Assembly (NCBI GenBank): GCA_001766815.1 | Contig: LYOS01000001.1 | Coordinates: forward strand, 450,001-482,000 | Length of the DNA: 32,000 nt | Direction of reading: 5' to 3' | DNA from: Candidatus Syntropharchaeum caldarium | GTDB taxonomy: Archaea > Halobacteriota > Syntropharchaeia > Syntropharchaeales > Syntropharchaeaceae | Shown: in pieces, positions 24,660-32,000 of the stretch | Numbering within the stretch: position 1 is the first letter of the stretch | Layout of the letters: every line of letters begins with the position of its first letter | The notes under the pieces: generated by a model | The model's database searches: none | What the model was told of the DNA's origin: nothing | What the model saw: the letters and a program-made list of their open reading frames with translations, nothing else | Made by a program: the position numbers and the translations under genes

Positions 24660-25697
24660 TCACATCACTGCCAGCACACCGCCAGTTATTACGATATTCA
24701 ATAATGCAAGCGGTAGGAGCCACTTCCATCCAATATCAAGTAATTGATCAATCCTGACCCTTGGTAAGGTTGCACGAATCCAGAATATCACCCATATCAC
24801 GATAAAGGTCTTTATGGCAAACCAGAGCCATGACGGCAGGAACGGCCCATTCCAGCCTCCAAGATATAGCGTGGTGAGAATTCCCCCTGCAACAAAGAGT
24901 TCGAGGTACTCAGCTAAGAAGAAGAAGGAGAATTTCATCCCTGAATATTCGGTTGTGTAACCTGCAACCAGTTCTGATTCAGACTCCTGGAAGTCGAACG
25001 GAATTCTTCCAAGATCTGCAAGGAGTCCGATGAAGAATATCACAAATCCAAGCGGCTGGAGAATAATATAAGGTAATCCAGTCTGTGCTTCAACGATTCC
25101 AGGTAAACTCAATGTTCCTGCAAGTAATACTACCCCTATAGCAGCGAGAACCATCGATATTTCATAGCTTATAATCTCTGCCGCCCTTCTAAGCCCTGCA
25201 AGAACCGCATACTTGTTATTCTGCGCCCATGACGCCATAATAATACCAAGCGTCGGAAGTGATGAGACTGCAAGCAGGAAGACGATCCCAACGCTGAGAT
25301 CTGTCATAACAAGGGTTTTTCCGAAGGGAATTACAGCAAGTACAACCACGACTGGTACAAACATCACGATCGGTGCAAGCAGGAAGACCCATCTATCGAT
25401 CGTCTTTGGGTGAACATCCTCCTTGACAAGCAGCTTGATACCATCTGCGATCGGCTGCAGGAGTCCATGTGGCCCTGTTCGCATTGGCCCTATTCGCTGC
25501 TGAATATCACTCAGGACCTTCCGTTCAAGCCATGTCAGGTATGCAAGTATCAACGACGCTACGGTCGCAACAACCCCTGCGATAGCAAGTACCAGCATTA
25601 TCCTGATCACAATCTCTGGTAAAAAACCTGAAAGTATCTGATAGACTCCCAGCTGACTCAGGATTCCAACAAGTGAATCATACATCGTTGTTGTCAT
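24660..25697 (-). CDS. fpoH: Fpo/Nuo subunit H
   Basis: YLTWLERKVLSDIQQRIGPMRTGPHGLLQPIADGIKLLVKED, GYTTEYSGMKFSFFFLAEY (NuoH pattern). Confidence 0.9.
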   Translation of the reverse strand: MTTTMYDSLVGILSQLGVYQILSGFLPEIVIRIMLVLAIAGVVATVASLILAYLTWLERKVLSDIQQRIGPMRTGPHGLLQPIADGIKLLVKEDVHPKTIDRWVFLLAPIVMFVPVVVVLAVIPFGKTLVMTDLSVGIVFLLAVSSLPTLGIIMASWAQNNKYAVLAGLRRAAEIISYEISMVLAAIGVVLLAGTLSLPGIVEAQTGLPYIILQPLGFVIFFIGLLADLGRIPFDFQESESELVAGYTTEYSGMKFSFFFLAEYLELFVAGGILTTLYLGGWNGPFLPSWLWFAIKTFIVIWVIFWIRATLPRVRIDQLLDIGWKWLLPLALLNIVITGGVLAVM

Positions 25698-26800
25698 CTA
25701 TCCATCTCCCCAAGACATATATCCAGGCTACCCACGGTCGCAACAAGATCCGCAATCTTTGCATTCTCACACATGACAGGCAGTGCAGCAACGTTGCTGT
25801 ATGCAGGTGAGCGAATCCTGAGCCGATACGGCTTATCAGATCCATCACTTATTATTAAAAAGCCAAGCTCACCTTTAGAACCTTCAACACGAGAATAAAC
25901 CCTTCCAGGTTCTGGCTTTATCTTCTTCGGAACCTTTGCCATGATTTCTCCTTCTGGAATCTTGTCAAGTGCCTGCTGAACGATCTTCATACTCTGTTTC
26001 ATCTCCTCAACTCGAATGAGGTAACGGGAATAGACGTCACATCCATGCTCCACAGGAATCCTGAAATCGAACCGATCATAGATCGAGTAAGGCTCAATCT
26101 TTCGCGTATCGTATTCAAGTCCTGATGCTCTGGCAATAGGTCCTGTCACACCATAATCGATCGCATCTTCTTTTGGTAGTATCCCGACTCCGACCGTTCT
26201 TGCCAGCAGGATCTCGTTCTCGGTCAAGATCGTCTCATACTCACTCAGCTTCTCAGGAAACATATCGAGGAAGTTCTGCAGGCGGTCGGCAAAGCCTTCT
26301 GGCATATCTTTTGAGACACCGCCGATTCGCATGTATGAAAATGTTATCCTCGCACCGCAGAGCATCTCGAAGATATTTAAAATCTCTTCTCGCTCCCTGA
26401 AACAGTAGAAAAACGGTGCCATCGCGCCAAGATCAAGCCCCCATGCAGAGAGCCATACAAGGTGTGACGCAATCCTTGAAAGCTCTGCCATCATCACCCT
26501 GAGGTACTCAGCTCGCTCTGGGACCTCAATTCCAAGAAGTTTCTCTACTGCCGTAACATAACCGAAGTTGTTGAGCATGCTTCCGGCATAATCGAGCCTG
26601 TCGGTGTATGGGATGAACTGTGGGTAAGTCAGTGATTCTGCAAGTTTCTCCATGCCGCGGTGGAGGTACCCGATGACTGGATCGACCTCTCTAACGATCT
26701 CACCTTCAAGCTTGAGCCTGAGCCTCAGAACACCGTGTGTTGCAGGATGAGCAGGACCCATATTGATCGGGATCTCTACAACCTTTCTTATATCTGACAT
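25694..26800 (-). CDS. fpoD: Fpo/Nuo subunit D
   Basis: NMGPAHPATHGVLRLRLKLEGEIV, GYLHRGMEKL, RIRSPAYSN..., and the C-terminal SLDICLGEMDR. Confidence 0.9.
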   Translation of the reverse strand: MSDIRKVVEIPINMGPAHPATHGVLRLRLKLEGEIVREVDPVIGYLHRGMEKLAESLTYPQFIPYTDRLDYAGSMLNNFGYVTAVEKLLGIEVPERAEYLRVMMAELSRIASHLVWLSAWGLDLGAMAPFFYCFREREEILNIFEMLCGARITFSYMRIGGVSKDMPEGFADRLQNFLDMFPEKLSEYETILTENEILLARTVGVGILPKEDAIDYGVTGPIARASGLEYDTRKIEPYSIYDRFDFRIPVEHGCDVYSRYLIRVEEMKQSMKIVQQALDKIPEGEIMAKVPKKIKPEPGRVYSRVEGSKGELGFLIISDGSDKPYRLRIRSPAYSNVAALPVMCENAKIADLVATVGSLDICLGEMDR

Positions 26801-27246
26801 ATCTCCACCCCCGTCTCATCCTCAAGCTCTACCTTCTGCTCCTTATCCAGTGGATAGCTCTTCAAGAGTGGATATCCATCCCAGCTATCTGGCAAAAGGA
26901 TTCTTGCGAGTTTGGGATGTCCTTTGAACTTTATCCCGAACATATCGTACGCTTCCCGTTCATGCCAGTTCGCACCACGCCAGAGTGAGGTGACAGTTGG
27001 CAGTATCGGATTATCCTTCGAGATTCTCACGGTGAGCATTATCCGATCTGGCTTCGAGTAGGACGCAATATTATATATTACTTCCAGATATTCCTCAAAG
27101 TCAGCGCCTGTTATTGCCTCAAGAAAGTCAAAGCCCTTATTTTTGAGGAATGTGCAAACCTCGATGATCTGATCTGGCTCGACAAGTAGAAGTCCATCTT
27201 CGGATTTTACCACATGAGGAAACTCATTGAGAAGTTCTTCACTCAT
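26788..27246 (-). CDS. fpoC: Fpo/Nuo subunit C
   Basis: [38 protein letters not shown]. Confidence 0.9.
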   Translation of the reverse strand: MSEELLNEFPHVVKSEDGLLLVEPDQIIEVCTFLKNKGFDFLEAITGADFEEYLEVIYNIASYSKPDRIMLTVRISKDNPILPTVTSLWRGANWHEREAYDMFGIKFKGHPKLARILLPDSWDGYPLLKSYPLDKEQKVELEDETGVEICQI

Positions 27247-28367
27247 GTTACAACCTCCTCTGGCTTTTTAGCTTTAGCAAACAGCTCGACAATCTTATTT
27301 GTGACGGTACGCTCTTCGTTCATCCGTTTGTGAAGCTGGAGGAACGCATTGAGGAGTGCCTCTGGTCTCGGCGGGCAGCCCGGAAGATATATATCCACAG
27401 GTATGACTTTATCCACGCCTTTGAGTACGCTGTATGAGTTGACAAAGGGACCGCCTGTCATTGCACACGCACCCATTGCGATAACATACTTTGGCTCAGC
27501 CATCTGATCATAGAGCCTCCTGAGTCGTGGTGCCATTTTCTGCGTGATCGTGCCTGCCACAATGAGAACATCTGCCTGTCTGGGTGAGTTGCGGAAGAGC
27601 ATACCATATCGATCCATATCATTACGTGAGGCAAATGTCGCCATCATCTCCAGCGCACAGCATGCAGTTCCAAACGCCATGGGCCAGAGTGAGCATGTCC
27701 TGCCCCAGTTGAGGAATCTATCAATCGACGTCAGGATGATATTTTGATAGAAGCCAGGATCGATTCTTTCATCGACGATCATCCCTGCCTCTGGGAGCAT
27801 ATCCTCTATCGCCCACTGTTTTCTGAAGTGTTTGTTCGAATCCTGCATAATGAGGTATGTCCAGTATATTCCAAACAATCCAAGCGTTACGGCTCCGAGC
27901 GCAAGATAGGTACCTGCAGGTCTTGATGGAAGAGTATCTTCAATCTTTTGTCCAGTATAGCGTGAAAAAAAACGGTTCTGTCTCTCTGCATGCATCATGA
28001 GATCATTTGTGAGGCGCCACTCAACATAAAGTCCAAGCGTAATAATTCCCAGGATAATTCGTAAAAATGAGAGGTCTCTGAACTCACCTGTTTCATATCC
28101 CTCGTTGTGTATCTTTTTAAGATCGGCAAGCAGATCTCTCTTCTTTACATCGAGTCCCACAAGATCTATGATCCGCTCTTCAAGATCCTTCTGTCGTTTG
28201 AAGTGTTCATTTCGCCTGTGAATTAGTTTAAGGTGGAGCAGGATAAAGAGAAGACCAAAAGTTAAAAAACCACCGAGAATCCACCAGTTCGAAACCTCCT
28301 CATCTGTAAGGATACGCCTTCCTATTGCTCTTTTAATCCTTTCATTGATATATGTTCGATCCATCAC
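27243..28367 (-). CDS. fpoB: Fpo/Nuo subunit B fused to a roughly 200-aa N-terminal three-TM extension
   Basis: The C-terminal roughly 165 aa are canonical NuoB ([43 protein letters not shown]). The N-terminal part is one continuous ORF with ATGA coupling to fpoA. It contains three hydrophobic helices, each followed by an N.HF/NRFF motif. Confidence 0.85.
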   Translation of the reverse strand: MMDRTYINERIKRAIGRRILTDEEVSNWWILGGFLTFGLLFILLHLKLIHRRNEHFKRQKDLEERIIDLVGLDVKKRDLLADLKKIHNEGYETGEFRDLSFLRIILGIITLGLYVEWRLTNDLMMHAERQNRFFSRYTGQKIEDTLPSRPAGTYLALGAVTLGLFGIYWTYLIMQDSNKHFRKQWAIEDMLPEAGMIVDERIDPGFYQNIILTSIDRFLNWGRTCSLWPMAFGTACCALEMMATFASRNDMDRYGMLFRNSPRQADVLIVAGTITQKMAPRLRRLYDQMAEPKYVIAMGACAMTGGPFVNSYSVLKGVDKVIPVDIYLPGCPPRPEALLNAFLQLHKRMNEERTVTNKIVELFAKAKKPEEVVT

Positions 28368-28732
28368 GCATCACCAACCCATTCAAGAGCTCCTATCTTC
28401 CATGCATATGCATAGCCCGCGACAAGAACGCCGATGAAAATCATCATCTCAATGAACGCAAACGCTCCTAAACCCCCAAATGAAACCGCCCATGGATACA
28501 GAAAGATAGCTTCAACATCAAAGATGACAAAGACCAGAGCGTAGAGATAGAACTGGATACCGATATTCTTACGTGAATCACCACCCAGGGCTATCTCACC
28601 ACATTCATATATCGTGAATTTTTCATCATTCGGATGAGATGGTCTCAAAAGCCAGGAAGCTACAAATGCAATAACAGGAAACATTATTCCAACAATCGTA
28701 ATCAAGGCGATTTCCATATAACCTGACATCAT
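28364..28732 (-). CDS. fpoA: Fpo/Nuo subunit A
   Basis: FTIYECGE...[25 protein letters not shown]. Confidence 0.9.
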   Translation of the reverse strand: MMSGYMEIALITIVGIMFPVIAFVASWLLRPSHPNDEKFTIYECGEIALGGDSRKNIGIQFYLYALVFVIFDVEAIFLYPWAVSFGGLGAFAFIEMMIFIGVLVAGYAYAWKIGALEWVGDA

Positions 28733-28760
28733 TCACACCCAACGAAAACCACCCTTTTTT

Positions 28761-28772
28761 AGTATATAAAAA
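28761..28772 (-). promoter_or_regulatory. TATA-like box upstream of fpoA
   Basis: The minus strand reads TTTTTATATACT about 30 nt upstream of the fpoA ATG, which implies a very short leader. Confidence 0.4.
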
Positions 28773-28835
28773 TTTCTAAATAAACATCCACCACAATTAT
28801 CAAACCTTGCGATTTCAAATATGGAGAGGGAAAAT

Positions 28836-29642
28836 TCAGCTCAAAAACAGGTTGCAGATGGTGAGGGTTGCAACAAGCGCCTCCTCCAGCCGAACTGTTG
28901 CAGTACCCTGCTGCTTAACAACGTTTATCACCGGGTAACCAAACTCAGCCATTGAGTGGTTATCGTCCTGAAGAATCTCCTCAATCCCCCTGCTCGGCGA
29001 TCCAAAAACAAGTACGATTCTGTCGAGATCAACGTATTCTCTAAGGTCTTTGAGAAGTGCAATATCTACAATATCACCTGTTTTTGATGTGAATATCACC
29101 CTTCCATTGAGTTTTCTATCCCTAAGTGCCTTGAACAAGCTCTTTCGCACCCTGACGCGATAGCCCCAGTAACAGGGAATGCTGGCGGGGTCAACGATCT
29201 CAACCTCAGGCGGATCGATCGATGTGATCCTGACAGTAACAACACCAGCCTCCTCTCCTGTTCCTTTTTTTATCACAGCCAGCTCATCAAGGCCGATATC
29301 AACCTTTCTGCCTTTCACAAATCCCATCCTGAACTCTCCAACCTCAATACTCTTATGCTGTGGGTGCGATGGTGTTTGAAGTGGTGGAATTATACCTGCA
29401 AACCTCAGATTTTTTGAGATCGGAAAGAGGTGACGCTTCAGGTGAGGTGGGCAGTTTGCATACTCCAGAAGTTCGCGGATGAAAGCGGTATCATCGAACG
29501 AGCGATCCCGATAGATCACAATCTCATCGACACGGAATATCGACGCAGCTCGTGCAATCTGCCCAACCCTGTACGCTCTGATTTTCTCATCAGCAATCTC
29601 CATCGTGAGGGAGGATGGGATCAAAATTGTGATTTTTTTCAT
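28836..29642 (-). CDS. SPOUT-superfamily putative RNA methyltransferase (DUF171/COG2106, MTH1-like)
   Basis: ITILIPSSLTMEIADEKIRAYRVGQIARAASIFRVDEIVIYRD is the characteristic N-terminal pattern of this family. The length (268 aa) fits, with room for a central OB-like insert. Confidence 0.6.
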   Translation of the reverse strand: MKKITILIPSSLTMEIADEKIRAYRVGQIARAASIFRVDEIVIYRDRSFDDTAFIRELLEYANCPPHLKRHLFPISKNLRFAGIIPPLQTPSHPQHKSIEVGEFRMGFVKGRKVDIGLDELAVIKKGTGEEAGVVTVRITSIDPPEVEIVDPASIPCYWGYRVRVRKSLFKALRDRKLNGRVIFTSKTGDIVDIALLKDLREYVDLDRIVLVFGSPSRGIEEILQDDNHSMAEFGYPVINVVKQQGTATVRLEEALVATLTICNLFLS

Positions 29643-29693
29643 CTATCTTACCTTTCGATACCTTTTTATCTCGCTGATACTAAAGATTGACGG

Positions 29694-30350
29694 ATGAAAC
29701 TGACGGATAAGATCTACTGGTACCCGGAGTATGGTATGCTTGACTGCAACACATATTTATTTCGTGATGAGACAACGCTGTTGATCGATCCAGGCAACAG
29801 TTCATATCTCAATCACCTTGTCGCATCGCTTGAAGAGGATGGGATCAAAATTAGTGATATTGATCTTATTGCCTTCACTCATCTTCACATTGATCACTGC
29901 AGCGGAAGTCAGGATCTGAAGGAATTGAGCGGTGCAAAAATTGCTTTCCACAGGATCCAGGATGAAAATAACAATATCCTTGGTGAAGTCTCTCGTTTCT
30001 TTGGTTTGAGTTCCCCCAGGTTCACAGCTGACATTCTCCTCTCAGATAGTTTGAATATCGGTTCAAGAGAGATAAGAATGATAGTAACACCAGGCCACTC
30101 ACCAGAAAGCATCTGTTTTTATGATCAAACCGATAAAGCGCTGGTATGTGGCGATGTGATCTTTGATAGAAGCGTTGGCAGGACTGATCTTCCGAGAGGG
30201 AGTGGACAGGAGCTTAAAAATTCGATAAACTATTTATCAGGTCTTGATCTGGAGTATCTGCTTCCTGGGCACATGGGAATTGTAAAAGGTAGGAGGGCGG
30301 TTATCAATAATTTTGCATTTGTGAAAGAGGCTTATTTTGGATTTATGTAG
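29694..30350 (+). CDS. Metallo-beta-lactamase-fold hydrolase (glyoxalase II-like)
   Basis: AFTHLHIDHCSG (HxHxDH), TPGHSPESICFY, CGDVIF...GRTDLP, LLPGH. Confidence 0.85.
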   Translation: MKLTDKIYWYPEYGMLDCNTYLFRDETTLLIDPGNSSYLNHLVASLEEDGIKISDIDLIAFTHLHIDHCSGSQDLKELSGAKIAFHRIQDENNNILGEVSRFFGLSSPRFTADILLSDSLNIGSREIRMIVTPGHSPESICFYDQTDKALVCGDVIFDRSVGRTDLPRGSGQELKNSINYLSGLDLEYLLPGHMGIVKGRRAVINNFAFVKEAYFGFM

Positions 30351-30389
30351 CAGATTGTCGTTTAACTTGCACACACCAGCATAAGATCT

Positions 30390-31316
30390 ATGCTGTTAAA
30401 TTACCTCCTCCAGACCATAGTCCTTGTTACAATAGGCGTGATACTTGCAAATATTTTTATTGAAGCAAAAATACTATCAAAGCTCACACCGCTTGTAAAA
30501 CCCATCTGTAAACGATCCAATTTATCTGAAGCCTGTATTTTTGCACTCTTTACCTCTCTCCTGAGCCCTACCGCATCCAAATCAGCCCTTGCAACCTTCT
30601 ACAATCGGGGGGATATCACAGAGAGCGAGGTGATTGTGACCACGCTCATGAGTACATTCCCGATGGTTGTGGGTGGATCGCTATTCAAGGTTCAGGCATT
30701 GATCACAATTATGATCCTTGGTCCAATTGTAGGAAGTATTTATATCACATTGAATTTCTTTGCAGCTTTCATACAGACCTTTTGGGCGTTTGTTTACTCA
30801 AAAATAGCCTTTCCACCCTGTTCAACCAGTGTCGATGATGATTATCAGGTTGATAAACTTCTGCTCACATTTGATACGATTAAAAGCGGTTTAAAAGCGG
30901 CGTATTTGGTGCTTATGCGAATTATTCCTGTGCTGACTGTCACGGTGCTTGTGATTGGTTATTTACTCGATCATGGTATGATGGATATGATCGCACATCT
31001 CTTTGATCCTGTGCTCGGCTTGCTTGGCATTCCAGGAGAATGTGCTGCAGCGCTGGCGGGTCAGTTCATCCACTACACGGTTGGATATGCCGTCATCGGA
31101 TCGCTCCTTTCAGAAGGGATTATAACGGAAAAGGATGCGGTAATGACACTTCTCATTGGGAGTATGATCGTCATAACGCTCATATACATCAAATTCAGTG
31201 CCTCGATGTACATCTCGCTATTCGGGAAGCTTGGAGTTAAGGTGGCACTCATCAACTATGCAAGCAGCATGCTGGCGAAAGTTATCACTATCGGGCTGGT
31301 TCTCTGGCTGATGTAA
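30390..31316 (+). CDS. Polytopic membrane protein, possibly of the nucleoside-recognition (Gate) domain family
   Basis: Roughly 8 hydrophobic segments. The N-terminal pattern (ANIFIEAKILSKLTPLVKPICKRSNLSEAC...) resembles Gate-domain proteins. The assignment is tentative. Confidence 0.4.
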   Translation: MLLNYLLQTIVLVTIGVILANIFIEAKILSKLTPLVKPICKRSNLSEACIFALFTSLLSPTASKSALATFYNRGDITESEVIVTTLMSTFPMVVGGSLFKVQALITIMILGPIVGSIYITLNFFAAFIQTFWAFVYSKIAFPPCSTSVDDDYQVDKLLLTFDTIKSGLKAAYLVLMRIIPVLTVTVLVIGYLLDHGMMDMIAHLFDPVLGLLGIPGECAAALAGQFIHYTVGYAVIGSLLSEGIITEKDAVMTLLIGSMIVITLIYIKFSASMYISLFGKLGVKVALINYASSMLAKVITIGLVLWLM

Positions 31317-31329
31317 GCTTCACTGAGCT

Positions 31330-31971
31330 TCACGCATTCGATGCCACGTACAGATTTCCAAATATGTTCATGGCAACAACGCCGATATAGAAACCTCCGA
31401 ATATTGCTATTATCCATCCAAGTAACGGTATCGCCGAGATCAATGAGAGAACGACCATCAGTACGAATATGACCACATAAGCCAGGATGTAGTCTCCAAG
31501 CACAGACTTTATCCGTGAAATTAGCTCACCAGGCTTGAATGCATTTCCCACTGAACCGCTCGCCACGTACATCGCCAGTGCCATCGGAATGAAAAATCCG
31601 AAGATTATCGCAAGTATTCCTCCTATAATTATGGCACTAAACATAGCAAATATATTAGGAAACGTATCCGCCGTTACAGTAGATGCTAATCCACCAACCA
31701 TTACAACCGCCACAGTCACGACGATCAGAGGGATCAAGAGGTATATGAAGCATATTATAGTCGCTAACAAACCCTTCACAAAGAGTTCGCCCCATCCTTC
31801 CCATTCTGGCATTCCTGGCGACCCTTTGATTGCCTTCTCCATCGTCTTCAGGTAGAAACCTGTTACGAGCAGATTTACGATCGGTATGATGGAGAGTATG
31901 CCACCTATTACTACCTTCGCAATCCATTTTTCATCCTCAGTCGGAAACTTTACTGCAGACCCTATATCCAT
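31330..31971 (-). CDS. DUF4013-like archaeal membrane protein
   Basis: FPTEDEKWIAKVVIGGILSIIPIVNLLVTGFYLKTMEKAIKGSPGMPEWEGWGELFVKGL matches the remembered DUF4013 N-terminal pattern. The protein has 4-5 TM helices. Confidence 0.5.
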   Translation of the reverse strand: MDIGSAVKFPTEDEKWIAKVVIGGILSIIPIVNLLVTGFYLKTMEKAIKGSPGMPEWEGWGELFVKGLLATIICFIYLLIPLIVVTVAVVMVGGLASTVTADTFPNIFAMFSAIIIGGILAIIFGFFIPMALAMYVASGSVGNAFKPGELISRIKSVLGDYILAYVVIFVLMVVLSLISAIPLLGWIIAIFGGFYIGVVAMNIFGNLYVASNA

Positions 31972-32000
31972 ATTTTAACCCCCATGATTTATAGTGATTT

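Noticed and set aside
24660-24662. Possibility that the fpoH TGA is a selenocysteine or programmed read-through codon joining fpoH to the in-frame 55-aa ORF
   Set aside because: I found no SECIS-like structure. NuoH homologues end near this point, and the downstream ORF has its own ATG and RBS. The idea is kept only as a minor alternative inside a finding.
24379-24729. 116-aa Cys/His-rich minus-strand ORF overlapping the 3' end of fpoH
   Set aside because: It overlaps fpoH by 70 nt in another frame and has implausible composition. The alternative frame gives a cleaner two-TM 55-aa ORF with an RBS (reported as a feature).
1-32000. Search for mobile elements, tRNA/rRNA genes, CRISPR arrays or defence-system hallmarks (nucleases, ATPase-nuclease pairs, toxin-antitoxin pairs)
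   Set aside because: No transposase, integrase or recombinase motifs were noticed. No tRNA-like T-arm (GTTCRAATC) sequences occur in the intergenic regions. No short direct-repeat arrays were seen. The intergenic spacers are all under 240 nt.

Overview
Archaeal chromosomal segment, called from motifs only because no searches could be run. Evidence for an archaeon: L19e and a long-form L30 in a ribosomal cluster, a PGF-CTERM sorting signal, an Fpo/Nuo-type 11-subunit complex with a split J subunit, and GGAGGTGA-type ribosome-binding sites. It most resembles a Methanosarcinales-like or ANME-like euryarchaeon. Layout: (i) 1-8500 is an accessory-looking, all plus-strand cell-surface locus. It holds two dockerin-gene to cohesin-gene pairs: an unknown dockerin protein followed by a triple-cohesin scaffoldin, and a papain-like protease/beta-helix/dockerin protein followed by a PGF-CTERM-anchored single-cohesin protein. 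Two paralogous C-terminally membrane-anchored proteins sit between the pairs. (ii) 8.6-11.5 kb holds an hsp20 operon, a divergent RHH-domain gene and a methyltransferase. (iii) 11.5-17.4 kb is one tight minus-strand array: AdoMetDC-like, COG1900-ferredoxin, L19e-L18-S5-L30, DJ-1, radical-SAM/SPASM, and a thymidylate kinase with an aberrant P-loop. (iv) 17.5-28.7 kb holds the complete fpo/nuo-like membrane complex, split into two convergent halves (IJJKLMN plus two small ORFs on the plus strand, ABCDH on the minus strand). Its FpoB carries a roughly 200-aa three-TM N-terminal extension. (v) 28.8-32 kb holds a SPOUT methyltransferase, an MBL hydrolase and two membrane proteins. No CRISPR array, tRNA/rRNA gene, transposase or integrase was seen. 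The best candidate for an undescribed system is the cohesin-dockerin surface-assembly locus carrying a protease cargo.
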